Positions 27,682 through 32,000 of a stretch of 32,000 bases of DNA are shown piece by piece (positions within the stretch are counted from its first letter, which is position 1; every line of letters starts with the position of its first letter). Made by a program: the position numbers and the translations under genes. The notes beneath the pieces are model-generated. The model was not told where the DNA came from. It searched no databases and saw nothing but the letters and a program-made list of their open reading frames with translations. Source of the DNA: Candidatus Kuenenia stuttgartensis (GTDB lineage: Bacteria > Planctomycetota > Brocadiia > Brocadiales > Brocadiaceae); assembly GCF_900232105.1 (NCBI RefSeq), contig NZ_LT934425.1, positions 2,070,001 through 2,102,000 of the forward strand, read 5' to 3'.

Positions 27682-27954
27682 ATGCACTGGAAGATTATTA
27701 TTACCACATTTATTACTATTTTTTTGGCGGAGCTTGGAGATAAAACACAAATTGCTTCTATACTTATGTCAAGCAAAACGGACAAGCCGTTGCTGGTATT
27801 TATCGGTACAATGCTTGCATTTGCATTAGTGACAATACTTGGTGTTACCGTAGGAACGGTAATGGCCAGGATGTTGCCTCTGAATTACATCAAAACGGGG
27901 GCGGCCATTACCTTTATTATGGTAGGGATTCTTATTTTATTTGGGAAAATATGA
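27682..27954 (+). CDS. GDT1/TMEM165 (UPF0016) family membrane protein, single-repeat size
   Basis: MHWKIIITTFITIFLAELGDKTQIASILMSSKTDKPLLVFIGTMLAFALVTILGVTVGTVMARMLP with the ExGDKTQ signature. AGGAGGGA RBS precedes ATG 27682. Confidence 0.85.
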   Translation: MHWKIIITTFITIFLAELGDKTQIASILMSSKTDKPLLVFIGTMLAFALVTILGVTVGTVMARMLPLNYIKTGAAITFIMVGILILFGKI

Positions 27955-28404
27955 ATGGGAGAAAAATACGGCTTTTCTCAGGCGCAGCAAGTAGGTAAGA
28001 CGGCGAATCTTGTTATTTTCCTTGGAATCTTAGGCGTAGTTTTGAGTGTTGCGGCCTTAACCATGAGTGATAGCCTTGCCAGGAGAGGGTACGGAACTTT
28101 CTATGCTTTCACCGGACTGCTTATGGTCGGGCTTGGTTATGGGGTCCGATACCGTTATAAATATTGCTTAAATGCGGCGCTGATATTATTTGTAGCACTT
28201 TCCTGTCACTTTCTTTACAGGTTTGTTGTTTATCACACTGCATATATTTTATTACGATTATTGTTAAGTATGTGGGTTTCTTACCGCCTTTTTCAGGCAC
28301 TTTCGCCAATGAAAATACTTATTGAAACGAATACATTTCCTGACAAAACCAATCGATTTATTGGATTTTTATCGAGACAAAAAAAGCATGACCATTCTGG
28401 ATGA
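27955..28404 (+). CDS. Hypothetical multi-pass membrane protein
   Basis: 149 aa with several hydrophobic helices. The start abuts the GDT1 stop and the 3' end overlaps the trpC start, consistent with co-transcription. Confidence 0.6.
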   Translation: MGEKYGFSQAQQVGKTANLVIFLGILGVVLSVAALTMSDSLARRGYGTFYAFTGLLMVGLGYGVRYRYKYCLNAALILFVALSCHFLYRFVVYHTAYILLRLLLSMWVSYRLFQALSPMKILIETNTFPDKTNRFIGFLSRQKKHDHSG

Positions 28405-29167
28405 GATTTATCAATATAAATTATCGGAAGTAGCGGAGAACAAGAAGCTTGTTTCTGTGGAACAATTAAAAAAAAACATTCTGCAAAGAGCCCCTGCCCA
28501 ATCTTTTGGTCGTGCATTAAAAACAAGCGGAAAAATAAACATTATTGCTGAGGTGAAAAAGGCCTCGCCCTCCCTGGGGATCATCAGGGAAGATTTTCAG
28601 CCGGTAGCAATTGCCAAAATCTATGAATCAAACGGAGCGGCCGCGATATCGGTATTGACTGACGTTAAATATTTCCAGGGGTCTCTGAAATATTTAACGG
28701 ACATTAAAAATACCGTGCGTTTGCCCATTCTGAGAAAGGATTTTATTATTGATTCGTATCAAATATATGAAGCACGTTCCGCAGGAGCTGACGCAATACT
28801 TCTGATTGCGGCGCTCCTTTCGGAAGATGAAATACAATCCTTTTTAAATACGGCGGAAAAACTGGGAATGGATTGTCTTGTTGAAGTCCATTCTGCGGAT
28901 GAATTAGAGAAGGTTTTACGGACAAAAGCAACTATTATAGGCATTAATAATCGCGACCTTAAAACCTTTCGCACCGACCTGGAAATTACCTTTCAACTAA
29001 AAGCCATGATTCCCGAAGACAAAATTGTCGTGAGTGAGAGTGGTATTAAATCACGGCCAGACATACTAAAATTGCAGGAACACGGCATCCATGCAGTTCT
29101 TATCGGAGAAACGCTGATGAAAAGCGACAATATCCAGTCAAAATTATGCGAATTATCAGGTACGTAG
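28388..29167 (+). CDS. trpC: Indole-3-glycerol phosphate synthase
   Basis: MTILDEIYQYKLSEVAENKK, INIIAEVKKASPSLGIIREDF, PILRKDFIIDSYQIYEARSAGADAILLIAALL, IGINNRDLKTF. Start at ATG 28388 rather than 28322. Confidence 0.93.
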   Translation: MTILDEIYQYKLSEVAENKKLVSVEQLKKNILQRAPAQSFGRALKTSGKINIIAEVKKASPSLGIIREDFQPVAIAKIYESNGAAAISVLTDVKYFQGSLKYLTDIKNTVRLPILRKDFIIDSYQIYEARSAGADAILLIAALLSEDEIQSFLNTAEKLGMDCLVEVHSADELEKVLRTKATIIGINNRDLKTFRTDLEITFQLKAMIPEDKIVVSESGIKSRPDILKLQEHGIHAVLIGETLMKSDNIQSKLCELSGT

Positions 29168-29172
29168 CAAGA

Positions 29173-29499
29173 TTATAACTGAGCGTCCAGCGCTGTTTTT
29201 AAATCATTTTTAGACTTTACACCCACTATTCTATTTACCGCCTTTCCATTCTTGAAGAGTATAATTGTGGGGATTGACGTAATGCCAAATTTTGCAGGGG
29301 TACTGTTGTTTTCCTCTGTATTAAGTTTTCCAATCTTCGCCTTTCCGCTATATTCTTTTGCCAGTTCCTCAATAACTGGAGCGAGTTGTCTGCAAGGGCC
29401 GCACCAGGATGCCCAAAAATCAACCAGCACCGGAATCTTTGCATTTGTTACTTCCGCATCAAAATTTGCGTCTGTTATTTCAACCAAACCTTCTGCCAT
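29173..29499 (-). CDS. trxA: Thioredoxin
   Basis: VLVDFWASWCGPCRQLAPVIEELAKEY...TSIPTIILFKNGK with a WCGPC active site. Start at MAEGLVEI. Confidence 0.93.
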   Translation of the reverse strand: MAEGLVEITDANFDAEVTNAKIPVLVDFWASWCGPCRQLAPVIEELAKEYSGKAKIGKLNTEENNSTPAKFGITSIPTIILFKNGKAVNRIVGVKSKNDLKTALDAQL

Positions 29500-29537
29500 A
29501 ATCCATTTTCCTTTCAATTGATATATATTAAGTTATT

Positions 29538-29828
29538 TTAATTACCACGCACAAAAAGATTACAGTGGCATTCACCGTCACGTTCAATTTCTTCTTTGTG
29601 GTAAACGCAAGGGCATATGGCCTTTTTGTCTTTTTCAATATCACCGCTAACGATGCGGCAAGGACAATAGGCATGCCCGTATTTTGATTTACGCATAACG
29701 AGCCCTTTGACGACTCTATCGACAATTTTTTTATCCGGATTTAACTTGTAAGGGCTATTGGTGACATAGGTATTGAGCATTTTGCGAATGTCCGCTTCTT
29801 CGTCTACCATTGAATCTTTGTTATCCAT
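29538..29828 (-). CDS. Ferredoxin-thioredoxin reductase catalytic-subunit-like protein
   Basis: CPCRIVSGDIEKDKKAICPCVYHKEEIERDGECHCNLFV shows the CPC...CPC...CHC pattern; adjacent to thioredoxin. Confidence 0.88.
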   Translation of the reverse strand: MDNKDSMVDEEADIRKMLNTYVTNSPYKLNPDKKIVDRVVKGLVMRKSKYGHAYCPCRIVSGDIEKDKKAICPCVYHKEEIERDGECHCNLFVRGN

Positions 29829-29913
29829 AGTTTAACCGTTTAAAAAAAGAAAAAACTGAATATACCGCTTTCAAAAACACTGTGAATCCTCACGCGAAAG
29901 AAAAATATATGTT

Positions 29914-30207
29914 TTAGTGAGCAGGTTCTGTATCATTTTTTTCACGCGGGGTTCGTTTCAGTTCCCATACGGCTCCCGTTGGGTCAGGGCAGTGGGCCAA
30001 TAATGTATCTTCGCTTGTCTGCCATGGCAACCTTGCTCCATATCGCAGTGATTGGGCATCCCTTGAAAGAACAGCATATGCGCAATCACAAAGCCCTTTT
30101 GGGGTAAATCCCGTTAAGGGAAATGAATCACCTTTCTTATAATAATTACAACTTCCTTTTTCTGCTACCGTTGCTACCACTTTGAAACTGGAACTTTTAC
30201 ACTTCAC
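29914..30207 (-). CDS. TIGR04076-like small Cys-containing protein
   Basis: FKVVATVAEKGSCNYYKKGDSFPLTGFTPKGLCDCAYAVLSRDAQSLRYGARLPWQ...HCPDPTGAVWELKR resembles the TIGR04076 layout. Confidence 0.6.
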   Translation of the reverse strand: MKCKSSSFKVVATVAEKGSCNYYKKGDSFPLTGFTPKGLCDCAYAVLSRDAQSLRYGARLPWQTSEDTLLAHCPDPTGAVWELKRTPREKNDTEPAH

Positions 30208-30313
30208 AATAGGGACTCCAATAAATGTTAATGTGCCTCTTTTATTTTATAATAGTTCATTATATTTTATGAAATAAACGTATTGCAAGAACAAAAAACA
30301 AACTTGACACAGA

Positions 30314-30338
30314 GCAACACTTTGGTTTTTTTAAAAAC
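30314..30338 (-). repeat. Copy 5 (diverged) of dispersed AAAAAACTAAAGTGTTAC element
   Basis: Reverse complement reads GTTTTTAAAAAAACCAAAGTGTTGC. Confidence 0.5.
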
Positions 30339-30370
30339 CTCAGCAAGATCAAACATTAGGCGAATCCGGG

Positions 30371-31258
30371 TTAATAGACTATTTGCTGAGTGTTTTTTTT
30401 ATCGCATAAACTTTTTAAAAGGAGGTGTGTTTTATTGAAAAATTTTCTTTCGGCAGGATATTGCTCAAGATATTTGTCCAGATGGAGAAAGGCAAGTTCA
30501 TACTCCTTTTTTGCAACGTAGTTATCGATAAGCAGGATCATCGGACGATTATCATCTGGAATACACATCATTGCCTGTTCGCAAAATCTGATTGATGCGT
30601 CAAAATCCCCGTTAATATTGTGATTCCGGGCATTGTACAAGAAAATCTCTCCCACAAGTCCGATATCCTTCATGATCTTCTTTTTGGGATGATACCTGTC
30701 CTTCTTTTTAACAATCCCATCGCTGTGCGTGTGTTCAAATAAATATTCATGAGTATTATCAGAAACCATATTATAAATATGGCCGGGAACAAAAATATTT
30801 TTTACGTCAATGTCAAAATGCCGGCATAGAATGGTAAATCGTATTGCATAGGAAAGACAATTCCCGACCTTTATATTGAGAGTATCCTTGAAATCGTAGC
30901 AATCCCTGTATATTCCTTCGCACGCATACTCTTTTAGCCAGGCAAAGATTATTTTGGCTTTTTCAATAGGATTATCAATGTTATTGACGTCAGTTTCTTT
31001 TGTAATTCGCGAAATAAGAAGGTCGATTTTTTTCTGATACGCCTGAATCTTTTTATCACTATGTACGCCCGAAGCGATAAGGCATGCGCGGTCAAACGGC
31101 ATATCAAGACAGTTGTCTTTAATATCCCTGAGAAGAGACATTTCGCTCTCATTGTATGCATATTGACTTGTCGGATACGTTTGCCGGGCTGGTTGGCAAC
31201 CAGGGAAAAAGAAGAAGTGTATGAGACAAAAAAGGAGCGGCAAGAAAGTTTTTTTCAT
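30371..31258 (-). CDS. Putative lipoprotein with transglutaminase-like domain and C-terminal TPR-like region
   Basis: Signal peptide with FFFPGCQP lipobox-like site; VGNCLSYAIRFTILCRHFDIDVKNIFVPGHIYNMVSDNTHEYLFEHT contains a candidate Cys/His arrangement. Confidence 0.6.
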   Translation of the reverse strand: MKKTFLPLLFCLIHFFFFPGCQPARQTYPTSQYAYNESEMSLLRDIKDNCLDMPFDRACLIASGVHSDKKIQAYQKKIDLLISRITKETDVNNIDNPIEKAKIIFAWLKEYACEGIYRDCYDFKDTLNIKVGNCLSYAIRFTILCRHFDIDVKNIFVPGHIYNMVSDNTHEYLFEHTHSDGIVKKKDRYHPKKKIMKDIGLVGEIFLYNARNHNINGDFDASIRFCEQAMMCIPDDNRPMILLIDNYVAKKEYELAFLHLDKYLEQYPAERKFFNKTHLLLKSLCDKKNTQQIVY

Positions 31259-31261
31259 GTG

Positions 31262-31627
31262 TTATTCTATTTTTCTTTTAATAACCTCCATTAATCGTTC
31301 CTGAGTGAAGGGTTTTTCCAGATATGATACATCAGGGTCGATCTCAAATATTGTTTTATTCGAGTGGGGAGAAAAACTGCTGGCAACAATAACAGGGATA
31401 TCTTTGTATGGTGGACTGGATTTTAGTTGTTTGAGGAATTCATCGCCGGGCAATTTATCAAGCAATAAGTCGAGAATGATGAGATCCGGTTTCTCTGTTT
31501 CTATCATTTCCAATGCCTGTTTCCCGTCAAGGGCGTGAACGATGGTGTAATCAGTATCTTCAAGCATCATTTCGTAAAAAAAGAAAAACTCCTGCTCGTC
31601 TTCAACAATAAGTATTTTTTTACTCAA
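31262..31627 (-). CDS. Response regulator receiver protein
   Basis: KILIVEDEQEFFFFYEMMLEDTDYTIVHALDGKQALEMIETEKPDLIILDLLLDKLPGDEFL...VIVASSFS...SYLEKPFTQ. Confidence 0.9.
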   Translation of the reverse strand: MSKKILIVEDEQEFFFFYEMMLEDTDYTIVHALDGKQALEMIETEKPDLIILDLLLDKLPGDEFLKQLKSSPPYKDIPVIVASSFSPHSNKTIFEIDPDVSYLEKPFTQERLMEVIKRKIE

Positions 31628-31660
31628 GTATCGCTCCTTTTTAATGAAATAGTGCCTTGT

Positions 31661-32000
31661 TTAGGAATTTTCGGACGGCGCCACCGGTAGTGTAAATTTG
31701 AAAGAAGCTCCTTTTCCAATGCCTTCGCAATCAACCCAAATCCTTCCTTTGTGTGCCTCGACAATATTTTTGCATAGTGCAAGCCCCACCCCGGAACCAT
31801 ACATAGTGGGATGTTCCTGGAAAAATCTTTCAAACAGTTTAGAATATTCTTCTTTGGGAAGCCCAATACCCATCCCGGTGTCTTCAACGGATATTTCCAG
31901 ATAAGAACCTTTGCATTTCCCATAAATATTAATACTGCCACTCTCCGTATATTTTATTGCATTATCGATCAGATTAATAAGTACACGTGAAATCTCGTTT
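31661..32000 (-). CDS. Sensor histidine kinase C-terminal HATPase_c region, continues beyond right edge
   Basis: Reading the minus strand in the same frame as the 31661..31873 track ORF and upstream of its ATG gives NEISRVLINLIDNAIKYTESGSINIYGKCKGSYLEISVEDTGMGIGLPKEEYSKLFERFFQEHPTMYGSGVGLALCKNIVEAHKGRIWV. Confidence 0.9.
   Translation of the reverse strand, partial: NEISRVLINLIDNAIKYTESGSINIYGKCKGSYLEISVEDTGMGIGLPKEEYSKLFERFFQEHPTMYGSGVGLALCKNIVEAHKGRIWVDCEGIGKGASFKFTLPVAPSENS

Noticed and set aside
31624-31941. 106 aa minus-strand ORF over the kinase region
   Set aside because: Wrong frame. The in-frame translation 31661-32000 shows histidine kinase N, G1 and G2 boxes and is open to the window edge.

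Overview
The gene content, c-type-heme sensing and AT-leaning intergenic repeats resemble an anaerobic or planctomycete-like (possibly anammox) chromosome. That assignment is an inference and was not searched. Main blocks: (1) a rubrerythrin-like gene cut by the left edge; (2) a GH15 glucoamylase-like enzyme with a C-terminal [4Fe-4S] ferredoxin module, overlapping by 4 bp a membrane hybrid histidine kinase whose sensor carries a CxxCH heme-c motif; (3) a run of signalling genes ending in a REC-PAS-GGDEF-EAL protein; (4) a Zn alcohol dehydrogenase and an ArfB-like GGQ protein; (5) a trypsin-like/TPR protein lacking its catalytic triad, beside a receiver domain lacking its phosphoacceptor; (6) gluconokinase, aspartate ammonia-lyase, dTMP kinase, RtcB, archease, Usp and Lon; (7) nadC, purD, an initiator tRNA-Met, a GDT1-like protein and trpC; (8) a thioredoxin / ferredoxin-thioredoxin reductase catalytic subunit / TIGR04076-like trio; (9) a transglutaminase-like lipoprotein and a response regulator/histidine kinase pair running off the right edge. 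The most notable non-coding signal is a ~25 bp element (core AAAAAACTAAAGTGTTAC) present five times. One copy sits inside one copy of a longer dispersed repeat and is absent from the other. I saw no CRISPR array, prophage, transposase or obvious defence system.
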